A stretch of 64,000 bases of DNA from Selaginella moellendorffii (taxonomy: Eukaryota > Plantae > Lycopodiophyta), in NCBI RefSeq assembly GCF_000143415.4, contig NW_003314288.1, positions 208,002 to 272,001 on the forward strand. The letters are read 5' to 3'. The stretch's first letter is position 1. Each line of letters begins with the position of its first letter. The notes beneath the pieces are model-generated. The model worked only from the letters and a program-made list of their open reading frames with translations, made no database searches and was not told the DNA's origin. The translations under genes were made by a program, and so were the position numbers. This document shows positions 14,001-26,865 of the stretch, piece after piece.

Positions 14001-15194
14001 CATACCAAACACTATTTGAAAATCTAGTATCTTCAACACTATTAAGTCCACTCTTTCTTTCCACTTGGATATGTTATTGGAATATCACTCACAAATTTTC
14101 TGGCTACTTACCAACCTTCCACAAACCGGAAGTGTATGGGTGATATCTGCTCAGCATTCAATCTTAACAACTTAACTAAGTCTTCAGATATCACGTTGTG
14201 CGTATCTCCCATGACAATCATCACTCGGATTTGGTGTCTGTAGACAAAGCCTACTAGATACATCAATAGATTAGTGTTTGCATTAACTATGGGAAAAAAC
14301 TTGAGGAAAGTAATGAAAGTAACTCACCTCCTCTTCCTCATAGTCTGCATTGACCAACTCATCAACCCCTTCAGCTTCACCACCACCGTCTTCCCTCATG
14401 ATATTAACATAAGACTTTGTCTTATGATTGTTAGGACATTTCGAGGACTTATATTCTAACTCTTCACAATGGAAGCAATGATCCACACTACCCATTCCAC
14501 TAAGAGTAGGTTTAGTAGGTTGCTACTACTTGTACCTACCAAGAGGAGGAATAAAGGGCCTAGGACAAGAAGAAGCTATTAGTGGTCGCCAACCACCACC
14601 ACCTTTGTTAACCGTTGCTTGTGAGCCTGCAGGGTGGAACCTTCCTTCCACCCTCTATTTTCGATCACCTTGTTTATTCCCAGAATTCCTATTCTTGCCT
14701 GAGCTACCAACATAAGGCTGCTAATATTATTCCATGAGCAAATGACTAAAGGCAACTTGTTGTGCTACCTCCTTACACTCTAGGTACGTCTTTGGCTTAA
14801 ACTTCAAAATCTCATTACGAGAAAGTGAATTTAAACCTTCCAAGAAATAACTTTGAGCATCTTCGTCACTCATATTTACAATTATAATGCACTTCTGAGT
14901 AAACTCATTAACATAATGCATAAGGTCCCCTCGCTGCTTTAACCACTGCAGCTCCATGTGAAGTCTCAGACCATCATCTAGAAAGTATTCCTTACAGATA
15001 CGAGACTGCATCTTGGTCCAACTTCTAGTCTACCCTTTTTCAGCAAACACCTGGTGCCACCAAGTTTTGGCATGATCGGTGAGAAAAGACTGCACGCACA
15101 CAGCTTTCATACAATCATCTACATTTGCCAGTATGAAATAGTTTTCTATATAGTAGACCTAGTCTTCCAAAACTCGATAGTCCTGCATGCCTTT

Positions 15195-17647
15195 TGTAAA
15201 CGACTATCTACTTTAGTCACTTAACCACACTTTTAACCACTTGAAGGAGTCTCACTCACAACCTCCATAAGTCTTATTCCGGACTTGGGGCTCGCTAGCC
15301 CCAAGAATGGCATCCATGCCACCCAACTTTTGCACTTGGTCCAAGTGCTCCATGTGTTCAATCCCATGACTAACACTCAAAGGTATCACTGACATATCAA
15401 CTTGTTACACTAAGGCTATGCACATTTATATTTATCACACTGGTGATCCAACACCACTTACATTACAGTCCCATCTCTCCAAAACTGGGTCATCCGTCCA
15501 TAAGTGATCATCCCAGATGCACTCTTTAGCATCCTTAAGATGCCTGCAAACATGGGGAACAACCTTCCCTAATATCCCTTTTCCGGTCCCCACCAAGTCC
15601 CTTTTTGTCCATGGTCGTATTTGCCAACACTGCCACTGGGTCAAAGCCCATGAGCCTGACCACTAAGTTCTACTGTCCTCTGGGACTTCCTCACCATGTG
15701 ACCGTATCTTTGGTCACTACACCAAAGGACTATTCTTCTTCCTTTCCACAATCTGAGACTTTGGGACAACATTTTGGAACACCATGGCCCTATGTGAGCC
15801 TCATGGGTACTCTCCCCACCTTCTAACTTTGGGTGCTTTAGCCATGGGGCTAGAGTGAGGTTCTATTGAGCCATGCCAGGTATCCAAGTAGGTAGTGCCA
15901 CCCACGTTTGGACTAGGAGCATCAACCATTTGATCTCCTGGGGGAGCTAAAGTCGGCTCTTGAACATTTCACCAAGCTACCTCACTTATCTATCTGTATT
16001 TACTCTAACTTTGGACTCTTCAGTGGATATATCATCACCCAATATGTAGGCATAACCTTTCTGGGTCACACTAGCATTTCCTAGCCAAACTAGCTCCACT
16101 GGGGTCCAAGCCCCACACTCTCCCTACTATACTTTTGGAACCCCCTATAGCCCTCCTTTATGGGGGACGATCGCTTTAGGCTTTCATCTAATAGCCTATA
16201 TTAGTATCCAGACTCAAACTCAGACTTGGACTCGGACTCAGACTCGATCTCGGTCTTGGTCTCGATCTAGGTCTCGGTCTCAGTCTCGGTCTAAGTCTCT
16301 ATCTCGGTCTTAGTTCCATCTCAGACTCTATCTCAAACTCCATCTTGGACTCCATCTCAGGTCCATCTCAGACTCCATCTTGGGTCCATTTCATATCCCT
16401 TTTTTAGAGATTCACTTATTGCTTACTCTATGCTTGTTCCTCGAGCAGAGTTCAACTCCCACTCTCGACTTTTCAAGTTGGAGCTTTTAGTCCAAATGTA
16501 TTATGCTTATTTGGCTTCCACTTGGCCACTACCACATGGTACCCTTTCAGCTCCACTTTGGGGCCTAAGGATTTTGTGTCTCACAACTCCACTACCCATA
16601 AATGAAGTTTGATGACCTCATCAAATGATAAACTATTTTATAAAGTAACACTAGCATGTATTACCCTTTTCATTCTTAGCACCAAGTCAATATTTGTTGA
16701 TAGTTTGATACTAAAAGCTCACCATGCCTTTCTTATCCTCTAAGGAGTATAGTCTCCCCAACTGCTTGGACTAGAAGTATTGACCCATGCTTGGACTAGG
16801 AGCATCAACCATTCGATCTCCTAGAGGAGTTAAAGCCGGCTCCTGAACACTTCACTAAGCTACCCCACTTGTCTATCTGTATTCACTCTAGCTTTAGACT
16901 CCTCAGTGGATATATCATCACCCAACACGTCACACTGGCCTTTCCTAGCCAAACTAGATCCACTAGCGTCTAAGCCCCACACTCTCCCTACTATACTTTT
17001 GGAACCCCCTATAGCAACCCTTGGGGGATGATCGCTTTAAGCTTTTACCCAACAGCTTGTATTAGTATTCGGACTTGGACTCGGACTCGAACTTGGACTT
17101 GAACTCAAACTCAAACTCGGTCTCGGTCTTAGTATCAGTCTTAGTCTCGATCTCGGTTCCATCTGGGACTCCATCTCGAACTCCATCTGAGGTCCATCTC
17201 GGACTCCATCTTGGGTCCATCTCAGACTCCATCTTAGACTCCATCTCGGGTCCATCTCAAACTCCATCTTGGACTCCATCTCGGGTCCATCTCGGACTCC
17301 ATCTCAAGTCCATTTTAGACTCCATCTTGGACTCCATCTTAGGTCCATCTAAGACTCCATCTTGGACTCCATCTCATGTCCATCTCAGACTCCATCTTAA
17401 GTCCATCTTGAACTCCATTTTGGACTCCATCTAAGGTCCATCTCATATCCCTTTTTTAGAGACTCATTTATTGCTTGCTCCGTGCTCGTTCCTTGAGCAC
17501 TTCATTGGGAGTTCCACTCCCATTCTCGATTTTTTGAGTCGAAGCTTTTAATCTAAATGTGTTATGCTCAATTGGCTTTTGCCTTGGCCACTACCACATG
17601 GCATTCTTTTGGCTCCACTTTAGGGCCTAGGGATTTTGTGTCTCACA
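15195..17647 (-). mobile_element. Internally deleted LTR element (full LTR 15195-16585, partial LTR about 16790-17647) inserted in gag
   Basis: Reverse homology to the 7132-8678 LTR and imperfect TSD CCTTT/ACTTT. Host gag reads PPKPYNFK|GMQDYRVLED across the site. Confidence 0.8.
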
Positions 17648-19801
17648 ACTTTGAAATTATATGGTTTTGGAGGCTTGAACTTTGAAACTCATGCAACTGG
17701 AGGTAATTGCAAAACTTCATCATCCTTAGAACTTGAAGAGGAGTTTAGTTGCTTAGGTTTAGCTAGTTTAACCGCCTCAACTTCTTTCTTCCGTTTTTTG
17801 TTCTCCTTCTTCAAATTATGAACTTCCTTTCCCAAATTCTCGATCTCAACTTTCTGAGCCATACACTGTAGTGTGGCAACATTTGGCTTTTTCTCTTTTA
17901 ACTTAGCCTCAACTTCTTCTGCAGCATCTCTAGTAGGAGTTTCCTCCTCTCAATTTGCCTATCTAAAGGTTTCAATGTCATCAACACAATTCTTTTTCAC
18001 CATCTCGCTAGCTGCATGCATGCCTCTATCAGTAACTGAACATGCATACAACATTCTTACCGAATGGTGCAATCCCACTAATCCTATATAGATCACTTTG
18101 GATCTATTAGAAAAGTCTCTACATATGCAACTTGAGTTAGAAAATCTAACAAAAGTTTGATAGGAATTGCTAAGACAATTCCTTTGATACCAAATGTAGT
18201 GCATGTGAATTTGGAGCTGAACTCCAAGCCCGTTACGCTACAAAACGAGGGTCCATGAGCACCAGCTTCCCATATTTAGCACCTGCATGCAAAATGGCCT
18301 CAGACGGTGTCTGGCACAATTTTGGCATACTGGTGGCCTAATGCGAGGAGGAGGGTACCCCACCAACTAAAGTAATGTGGAGTTTGGGCTTAAACCCAAG
18401 TCGGACGCAGAACAAGAAGCGACACAACTTAGTGGGAGCCAAACTAATATCTTAGATGGTCAAACATATATTTCAACTACTATCCCTACTATACATTTAG
18501 AACCCCCTACACACTTTGGGCTTTCACCCCAAGCCTCCCTTAGTACTAAAAGTTAGTCTTTAGGATAAGCTTGAAACTTACTAAATATGGAATATCTCTA
18601 GATTGCGAATTTGGACATAGGACGAATACCATTGTGTTCAAGACAATCTCTACATTCTATAAATATGCCAAATGAGCAAATCTAAACACTTTCCATAATT
18701 AGCCAATGGAATGAAATGAGACTAATACAAAGGATATGATAGTGAAGGTGTTTGGCAAACATAATAAACTATCATGTAATAATATTGAGGGACTAGACTC
18801 AATATCGAGGGGGTTCCCAACATTAGCAAGTGCAAATCAACAAATGAGTTTCTTTAATTAAGTCAAGTATGCTTGACAAATAGCATTTAGGAATTTTATC
18901 CTTGGTCACACGCAATAACCAATTTCTCAACCAACTTAGGTGGAGACCATAAAAGGAACAAGCAGTATCAACCTTCTGCCATTGTGGCAATAAAAAAAGA
19001 GTGTCCGTAAGGACTAGTTGACAAGTATCTTTCGATACCCGAAATCACATTCACGATAATAAAAAGGCTTATACATATAAAACATAGACTTCAAGAGAGT
19101 CATATGAAATAAAACACCACTATCCAGCCATAACACCTCTAGAGTAGGCACCAATGACAAGTACCATCAACAATAAAATTTTTTGAGTAAGCATATGATA
19201 AGTGGCAACCTTCTTTACATGACATTCATACTCCACATCTCCCATCTTCCTATAGTAGTTGCAAAGACCTTTTTTCTTTTTGGAGAAATTGCTTTTAAAG
19301 CTAGGTGATGTTGCAGAAGAGCTACGAGGCCCACAAAAAATGCCTCCTATATCCTGCTCCCCACTCGACAATTACTTGGCAAGAAACAATGCTTGCTTAT
19401 GAGCAGTCTAAGGAGATCCTAAATTGCTAGCTTTACGCTTAGTAATCTTGAGCTTTTCCTTGAGAAGATTAGAGTAGAGCCCCTTCATAGTTTTTGTTAT
19501 GATCCGGCGCAAAAAGACAAAGATCTCGTTGCCCTAGACTATGCTACGCCACCTCTTAAGGTTCCTCACCACCCAACCACCCCCGAGCTACCTCAAAAGC
19601 TCCACTGTGCCGCCGCTCCACCGTGAGCCCTAGGGTAGGTTAAGTCCCTTACCCTAACATGCCTTAATATACCCTTGAGCCTCCCTTTGACCGACGTTGA
19701 CCACATAGTCAAAGCTGGCGCCAAACAATTCTTCCCCCCCAACAAAGTCCTTGTCCCAAGGACGAGTTGTACCAGTGATCACCCTTTCTGGGGAATCCTG
19801 C

Positions 19802-21556
19802 TCAAGCTCCTGGTCCATCTTCCATAGCCGTATACATCAAGGAGGCATTGGGCCCGTCACTCCGAGATAGTACACCTTTCAACTGGCTGACATAAAATAC
19901 CGGATGAATTTTCACCCCAGCTGGCAGCCGCACCCGATAAGCCGCTTTACCAATGCGCTCCAACACTTCATATGGACCAGCATATCGATGGGAGAGTTTA
20001 TCACTCTTCCCTATCCGTAAAGGCACCAAGGTGTTCCGCCGCTCACTTGACGGAAAAATCACTCGCACAAAGACAAGATCACCCACCTTATATTCCTGGA
20101 ATTGGCGATGCTCATTAGCAAACTTCTCCGCTCTATCCTGAGCTGCTTGCAAATTCCGTTTGCACACCACCAGAATCTCATCAAGTTCTGTGGCCAGATC
20201 AGTTGCCTCGGAATCAAGCTTTTCTTGAACGTCCTTACTCAAATGCAATCCCAACTCCACCGCTGTTCGAGGATGCCTTCCAAACATCGCAAAGTAAGGA
20301 CTTAGCTTGGTTCCACTGTGTTGGCTATTGTTGTAAGCAAATTGCACCAACGGAAGATATAGATCCCATTGTCCTTGCCTTTGACCAATGCTACAACGTA
20401 GCATATCCTCCACCACTTGATTCACACGCTCAGTTTGCCCATCCGTCTGAGGATGATCTCCACTCGAGAGTTTCAAAGTCACTTGCATAACCTTTGCAAA
20501 GCTTTTCCAAAATCCACTGGTGAACTTTGAATCTCGATCACTAATGATGTCCTCCGGCAAACCAAAATTAGGAAAAACCTTCTCCAAGTAAACCACAGCC
20601 AAGTCGGAGGCAGTGACAGTCTTCCGAAGAGCCAACAACCGCACATACTTCGTCAACCGATCCACTATGACCCATACTTGCTCCTTTTGCCTCTGTGTTC
20701 GTGGCAAACAAGTGGTGAAGTCCATAGAGATACTACACCAACGGCTCTGAGGAATAGGTAAAGGTTGCAAAAGTCCCCCCGGCTTCTCCCGTGGCACCTT
20801 AACCCGCTGATAAAGCTCGCATGATTTACAATACTTGAGGATATCAGCCTTTATATTCCTCCAATAAAAGTTGCGCTTAATCAACTCATACGTCTTCTTC
20901 CCCCCAAAATGACCGGCCTCTGGACGATCATGATAGTGGAATAAAACTTGAGTAATTAACGCATCCACCTGTGGCAAATAGACACGGCCATTGTAGTAAA
21001 GAATCCCATCCACCAATGAGAAAGGGGCTTCCATCTGGGCTCGCAAAGAGGCCACCTCAACATCCTGAGCCTGAGCATGCTCAACCAATTGCCCAAACTC
21101 ACTGACCACCTTACTCAAATGATGACAAAATCGTGTTCGTAACGTCGTCACATGACGAACACGAGATAAAGCATCCGCCACCACATTTGATTTTCCCGGA
21201 CGATGCTCAATAGGAAACTCCCCAAACTCCATGAGTTTGACTATCCAACGAGCTTGCCTAGTGTTCAACTCCTTCTGTGTGAAAAGATACACAAGTGGTT
21301 TGTGATCTGTCAACACCACGAACACTGCACCATAAAGATAGTGCCGCCACGTCCGCAAAGCATGAACAATAGAGAGTAACTCTTGCTCATATGTGGAATA
21401 GCGTTGCTCTGCGGAATTCAAAGTTCGACTCTCATATGCAATAGTCTGTCCCTCTTGCATGAGAACTCCTCCCAGTGCATAACCACTCGCATCGCATGTC
21501 ACCTCGTAAGGTTTCGATGGATCAGCAATGCGAAGCACTGGAGCCTCGCTCAACAA
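19802..21556 (-). CDS. RNaseH-integrase part of pol, in frame after a single stop
   Basis: CDASGYALGGVL, TDHKPL, ADALSR, H-x6-H...C zinc finger, SMDF/ISDRD/GQTERVNQ core, GPY module. No chromodomain seen. Confidence 0.93.
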   Translation of the reverse strand: MLSEAPVLRIADPSKPYEVTCDASGYALGGVLMQEGQTIAYESRTLNSAEQRYSTYEQELLSIVHALRTWRHYLYGAVFVVLTDHKPLVYLFTQKELNTRQARWIVKLMEFGEFPIEHRPGKSNVVADALSRVRHVTTLRTRFCHHLSKVVSEFGQLVEHAQAQDVEVASLRAQMEAPFSLVDGILYYNGRVYLPQVDALITQVLFHYHDRPEAGHFGGKKTYELIKRNFYWRNIKADILKYCKSCELYQRVKVPREKPGGLLQPLPIPQSRWCSISMDFTTCLPRTQRQKEQVWVIVDRLTKYVRLLALRKTVTASDLAVVYLEKVFPNFGLPEDIISDRDSKFTSGFWKSFAKVMQVTLKLSSGDHPQTDGQTERVNQVVEDMLRCSIGQRQGQWDLYLPLVQFAYNNSQHSGTKLSPYFAMFGRHPRTAVELGLHLSKDVQEKLDSEATDLATELDEILVVCKRNLQAAQDRAEKFANEHRQFQEYKVGDLVFVRVIFPSSERRNTLVPLRIGKSDKLSHRYAGPYEVLERIGKAAYRVRLPAGVKIHPVFYVSQLKGVLSRSDGPNASLMYTAMEDGPGA

Positions 21557-24019
21557 TCATTTCAGCGCCACAAAACTCTCCTCTTGTGGCGTCTTCCACT
21601 CGAATGGCACATTCTTACGTAACAACCGCGTCAAAGGAATAGCCACCTCTACAAACTTATGTTGGAAACGTCGGTAGTAACTAGCCATACCAAGAAAACT
21701 GCGCAACTCAGCCACTGTAGTCGGTGTAGGCCAGTTTTCCACCACAGCCACCTTCCTTGGATCCGTCTTGACACCCTTAGATGTCACAATATGGCCTAGA
21801 TATTCCACCTCCGACTTTGCAAATTCACATTTGCTCTTCTTCGCATAAAGTTTGCTGTCTCGAAGTAACAAAAGAACCTTGCGCAAATGCACCCTATGCT
21901 CCTCCGTATTCTTGCTAAAAACAAGAATATCGTCCAAGAAAATCTCCACAAACTCATGAAGATAATGCCCAAAGACCTCCGTCATCAACCGAGTAAATGT
22001 GGCTGGTGCATTCGTCAAACCAAACGGCATAACTGTAAACTCAAAATGTCCGAAGCTTGTGTTGAATGCCGTCTTGGAGATAGATGCATCATCCATTGCA
22101 ATCTGATGATATCCACTCCTCAGATCAATCTTGGTAAACACTCGTGCTTCACCAAGCTTGTCTAGGATATCATCTACACGTGGCATCGGCATCTTATCCT
22201 TCACTGTCTTCTTGTTCAAAGCGCGGTAGTCAATACACATTTGCATTGAACCGTCCTTCTTCTTCACAAGCAAGACTGGAGCACCAAATGGAGACTTACT
22301 TGGCTGAATGAATCCAAACTCAAGTAACTCCTTGACTTGTCGTTGAACTTCTTGCTCCTCCGCATAACTTAACCGAAATGGACGCCAGTAAATTGGCCGC
22401 GTCCCCGGCTCCAATGTAATCCCATGCTCCACACCTCGTAATGGAGGCAATCCATGAGGAAGTTCAGATGGAAAAACATCAGAAAACTCGTCGAGTACAT
22501 CCCATACTGCTACTTCTCCCCCACACGTGCCTTGGTCGCCCAAGTCACGAACAAACAGCAAGTAACTCGAAAGTGCTTTTCCATTACGACAAGCCCGCTT
22601 CAAAGATGTAGCAGAGAGCATAACAACTGGTGGTTGAATGCCCTCGCCAAACCACACATCTTTAACTCCACCATACTCCAGCGAGATACGCTTAATGCTC
22701 CACTTTATCTCTGGATCCACCTTCACCAACCATGGCATCCCAAGGATGAGATCCACACGATGGATATCCGCGAGATAAAAAGTCTCCACAAGTGTGGTTT
22801 TGCCAACCAACACTTCCAGCCCCTCGACACAAGCATCGAAATGCTGAGCAGAGGTAGCTGCACCTTCCACTGTGTATGGAAGAACTCCACGTGTGTTCAG
22901 GCGATGCTCCGCAACAAACTTTGCCGAAACAAAGTTGTCATCGCTCCCACTATCCAATAAAATCCGCACTGGATCGCCACGGAACACGCCCTCCAGCATT
23001 AAAGCTGATTCACGCATATCCTCGAGCTCCATCTTGTTCCACACACAGTTGAGTTGACGAGCAACGATCGAAAGTCTCTTCCTCCGACCGGAATGGTCGT
23101 TCTCGTCATCCTCACGCTGTAAAGCTTGCAACTTTTTAGTATCTGACTTACCGTGAGAAGATGATTGGCCATTCTTCTTGTCCTGCTGCTTGTTCTTCAA
23201 CTGCGGACAATCAGCCTTGTAGTGTCCAAGTTCGCCGCAATGATGACAACCCTGTCTATAATTCTTCACAAAGAACTTCTGCTTCTTGGACCCCTTTGCA
23301 TCTGAAGTAGTCACCACCGACTTCAACTTGTGATGCTTGTTCCCATCCTTGTGTCCACGGCGATCATCACGACGATTCTCGACAGAAGGACTCCGCGAAC
23401 GCTTGCGAGACTTGTGCTTGTCATTGTCAAGTCGACGAGCCGCATCAAAGAGCTCCTCCAAACTCTTTGTAGGCTGAGAATGACGCAAGTGTTGCCGCAT
23501 GCTCTCACTATGTAGGCCATCAATGAAGTAGGACTTGTTCTGATCTGGATCCTTCGTTGGAACACGACTAATCAAGCGAGTAAGCTTCTCAATATAATCC
23601 CCGAGCGTCATTTTCCCTTGCTGGAAATGGCGAAGTTCTGTACGAGCATTCTCCACGTCGTAATGAGGGGCAAAACGTAAACGGAAAGCAGCCTCAAACT
23701 CATCCATGGTAGACACTGGTGGTTTCTTATCCGCAACACGGGACTCCTCAAGCCAATTCCACCATCGAAGACCTGCATCACGCAAAACCATCAAAATAGC
23801 CACTAAAGCCTCTGCATCTGGAGTTCCTCTAGCAGCCAAAAACTTCTTCACATTGGCTAGCCAAGCAAGACACTCGTCCACACCACCATCACCGGAAAAG
23901 GTTGAAATCTTGAGTTGATCTACCAAAGAAGGCTTACTTGGAGCGCTACCCCATCCAGCCTCGAGTGCCTCAACACGCCCACGCATAGTATCCATCATGC
24001 CATGCATCTCGTCTTGCAT
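21557..24019 (-). CDS. Gag-protease-reverse transcriptase polyprotein (ends at a premature TGA)
   Basis: CHHCGELGHYKADC zinc knuckle, LLDSGS protease, RT motifs KIDLRSGYHQI, MPFGLTNAPATF, FLDDIL. Confidence 0.95.
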   Translation of the reverse strand: MQDEMHGMMDTMRGRVEALEAGWGSAPSKPSLVDQLKISTFSGDGGVDECLAWLANVKKFLAARGTPDAEALVAILMVLRDAGLRWWNWLEESRVADKKPPVSTMDEFEAAFRLRFAPHYDVENARTELRHFQQGKMTLGDYIEKLTRLISRVPTKDPDQNKSYFIDGLHSESMRQHLRHSQPTKSLEELFDAARRLDNDKHKSRKRSRSPSVENRRDDRRGHKDGNKHHKLKSVVTTSDAKGSKKQKFFVKNYRQGCHHCGELGHYKADCPQLKNKQQDKKNGQSSSHGKSDTKKLQALQREDDENDHSGRRKRLSIVARQLNCVWNKMELEDMRESALMLEGVFRGDPVRILLDSGSDDNFVSAKFVAEHRLNTRGVLPYTVEGAATSAQHFDACVEGLEVLVGKTTLVETFYLADIHRVDLILGMPWLVKVDPEIKWSIKRISLEYGGVKDVWFGEGIQPPVVMLSATSLKRACRNGKALSSYLLFVRDLGDQGTCGGEVAVWDVLDEFSDVFPSELPHGLPPLRGVEHGITLEPGTRPIYWRPFRLSYAEEQEVQRQVKELLEFGFIQPSKSPFGAPVLLVKKKDGSMQMCIDYRALNKKTVKDKMPMPRVDDILDKLGEARVFTKIDLRSGYHQIAMDDASISKTAFNTSFGHFEFTVMPFGLTNAPATFTRLMTEVFGHYLHEFVEIFLDDILVFSKNTEEHRVHLRKVLLLLRDSKLYAKKSKCEFAKSEVEYLGHIVTSKGVKTDPRKVAVVENWPTPTTVAELRSFLGMASYYRRFQHKFVEVAIPLTRLLRKNVPFEWKTPQEESFVALK

Positions 24020-26207
24020 CTCTTGCTAATTTTTATTAAGGGCTCGCAGCTCATGAACCACATCTTGAATGGTCCAAATCTCCGCAGCTTCGTCGGCACC
24101 ACCATCGACAATAGGATTCCAGCGTTCAGCTTGGTCGGCCATCGCAACCAATTCTCTGATACCAATGTTATGATCCGGCGCAAAAAGACAAAGATCTCGT
24201 TGCCCTAGACTATGCTACGCCACCTCTTGAAGTTCCTCACCACCCAACCACCCCCGAGCTACCTCAAAAGCTCCACTGCGCCGCCGCTCCACCGTGAGCC
24301 CTAGGGTAGGTTAAGTCCCTTACCCTAACATGCCTTAATATACCCTTGAGCCTCCCTTTGACCGACGTTGACCACGTAGTCAAAGCTGGTGCCTAACAGT
24401 TTTGCCTAGGATAAATAAGAGTATAGAGGACAATTGTTGCAACTCTAGGGAGACAAAGTAAAGCAAGAAAGCTTTTGCATAGTCATCTGAGATTACTTTG
24501 CCCTCTTGCTTGAGCTGTTGCATGATGCCCTTGAGCTTCCTGATGTATATTGCCATTGTCTCACCAGGTTGCATGCGTAAGGAGAAAAATGTTTCAATAC
24601 CAATTTAGTGTTAATGGCTTTGGCTGCAAAGAGTTGGGAGAAAGAATCCCAATTTTCCTTGGCTAATTTTTCCAGATCAAGAATTCATCTCCAAAACCTA
24701 GTCCAATCACCAAGGGTGCTTTCAAGTTCTTAGAGTCCCAAGTAGTCTACAAGGTAGCATGAGTGTCAAGAGGTCTCACTTCAATTCCTTCGACCAAGTC
24801 TCAACAATCTTTAGCCATCAAAATTAACTAGACTTTAGTCTTCCACATTCTGAAGTTTTCACTTGTGAACTTCTGGAGTAATTTCTCCCATCGCTGCCAA
24901 GCTAAGTGACCATTGGGGTGGTTCGAGCAGGTGGAGTACTAGAAGCCAAGCCATTAGTTTCTAGAGGAAATGGCTAAGGAAAGCGAGGAGGGAGAGGAGG
25001 TGGTGGATGGATGACTTGGCTTGTTTGCTGACATGGGAACTTGCCATCACTTGTCTCCACAAGTCATTAGCAAGGGAAGGCATATGGCTCAGCTAGGGGA
25101 TCTTTTCTGGCTTTATGATGTCAGAAACTCTCACCAACTAAAGCTAACATCAGCTTGGAGCAGATCAATTCGAGTGAAAAGTATCACTAACGCAAATTCT
25201 TTTTATGTTCAAGTGATGGCCATATCTTGCCTTCCCTTCAACAAGGTTCATCTTCAACACTACTATATTTAAGGGTATCTACAGCAGCAACATAGGTTTT
25301 GTAATCATTTGGTTCTTACATTTTCCTTTCCTTTCTAGCTTCAAACATTTTGACATCAACTTTACTGCAGATATGTGCGCCTCCTGTCCTGGAGAGTCTC
25401 AAACAGAGCTTAAGCAGCCAACAAAAGGATCCATGCGTTTTTTCACATCAAAACATTTCCAACATTCTGCATCACTGAAGTACCCTCTTCTTCTTAGTAG
25501 ATGGAGTAGCATACTGCTCCAACCAAATTACCTGGTGATGAGCGACAGCCATGACCAGGAAACTAGCTTTGAGCCACTACTCACCAAAGCCCTTCTTTCA
25601 CAACATTGTTGCAGATGCTAGAGATGATTTGAGGTGTAGACAACCCAACACTGCCTTCAGAGCTCGAGGACGAGCTCCCCTGGTGTGTATAGGTGCAAGT
25701 GAGGATATATTGGATATTCCCTGGAGATGCTCTTACATATATGCGGATGTTCTAGAGATGATCAGTCTTTTTCAGCTCTCATCTTGGGGAGTCATCACCA
25801 TGTGCATATACCACCACCCACTGTGACAATTTATGTGCCTTAAGGAAAATGCTAAGCGCTGCAACTTATGAATCCACTTTGCTTTCCTTGGATTTAGACA
25901 TCTCTCATTTGCTCTTTCACAATATCTTCTTTCCATTGAGGGGAATTATATTAGAGGCTTGGCAATGCCCACAATCATTCACTCATGACACCAAATCCTT
26001 GAAGTTGATCTCCTCTAAAATCCCTCTTGCATCATCTATATATCTTGAGTCTGGCCATTTGCCTCTGGTCATTTCACCGATTTGAATGGAATTGTTTGGG
26101 TTAGTACTTATCCACACTACTCAATGTTTTTCTAAACTCTTCTTCATATTTAGAATACACTCCCTGAATCGTTCTTATTCATTAATTTTTCATTTCGGCC
26201 ATGCAAC

Positions 26208-26402
26208 TCAAGAACACACTGTGAGTTGTAGCCAAAAATTTGCAAAAGATCTCCAAAACCACCACACAGAGGAGCTTATAGCTCTCTGGTTACGACATAT
26301 CACCGCCATCATCGAGGGCATCGGCCATACCGTTGCGATTTCTCCCACATCCACTCCCATGACCAGCATCATCACAACAAACCACGGCCCCATGTTCTTC
26401 AT
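26208..26402 (-). pseudogene. Degenerate paralogue of the peptide family (type C)
   Basis: MKNMGPWFVVMMLVMGVDVGEIAT resembles the family leader; Cys module lost; TATA-like TATAAATA upstream. Confidence 0.65.
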
Positions 26403-26865
26403 GTGCAAAAGCTAAGAGAAACAATCTCTAGTATACTGGAGAGAGGTGGTTTGATCTGTGATGCCCATAATATTTATAGCTCAAGAAGCTAGAATGAGAA
26501 TATTTGAAAGTTAGTTGTTCTGTTTGTCAATTCCTTCTCTTTTCTATAATGCTGGGGCCGCTGGGGCATAGACGAAGTTTGCAACACGAAGAAGGAAGTA
26601 AAACTGCCATGCAAGAAATGGAGTCAAAATGGAGTAAACTCTTGAAATGAAGCTGTGAATCCAGATGAGAAATAGAGAGAACAGACATTTTTTATCAAGG
26701 CCTGGACAGTTTATATATTATTGTTGGATCTCATGCAATGCCATACAGAAAAAATGTTGTCACTGTTCTTTTATTCTTCTTTCCAGACCCTGGCACTGCA
26801 GAATGATGAATTCAGAGGAACGATGCTGATTCTTAAGCTGGGTTTACCCCTTGAAACGGGAGGTT

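Larger units (their letters stand above)
10215..15194 (-). pseudogene. Disrupted gag-pol of the outer gypsy (gag, zinc knuckle, RT, RNaseH, integrase, chromodomain)
   Basis: Fragments such as YEFFVMPFRLCNASAMF, FKVHCDASGYAIG, VTLDFVICLPKSKGYNTLMVVVD, CFHCEELEYKSSKC, and chromodomain EYKIESI...EYLVKWKGY. Many stops and frameshifts. Gag N-terminus continues at 17648-18050. Confidence 0.9.
161..19058 (-). mobile_element. Decayed Ty3/gypsy (chromovirus-type) LTR retrotransposon hosting several nested insertions
   Basis: Similar LTRs at 161-1075 (TGTAGTGCAT...GCGACA) and 18195-19058. iMet-type PBS (TGGTATCAAAG on minus) at about 18183-18193 and polypurine tract just after 1075. Fragmented gag, RT, RNaseH, integrase and chromodomain on minus. 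TSD not confirmed. Confidence 0.8.
19495..24398 (-). mobile_element. Near-intact Ty3/gypsy LTR retrotransposon
   Basis: 233-bp LTRs at 19495-19727 and 24166-24398 (about 6 differences), TG...CA, perfect TSD GTTTT, PBS TGGTATCAGAG, G-rich PPT beside 19727. Confidence 0.97.
19120..24720 (-). pseudogene. Degenerate Ty1/copia gag relic, split by the 19495-24398 gypsy
   Basis: MQPGETMAIYIRKLKGIMQQL...DDYAKAFLL (copia gag/UBN2-like) on one side and a zinc-knuckle remnant CNYYRKMGDVEYEC on the other. Confidence 0.6.

Noticed and set aside
21557-21559. Programmed stop-codon readthrough in gypsy pol
   Set aside because: The stop lies in the RT-RNaseH connection, not at the gag-pol junction; a point mutation (probably CGA>TGA) is simpler.
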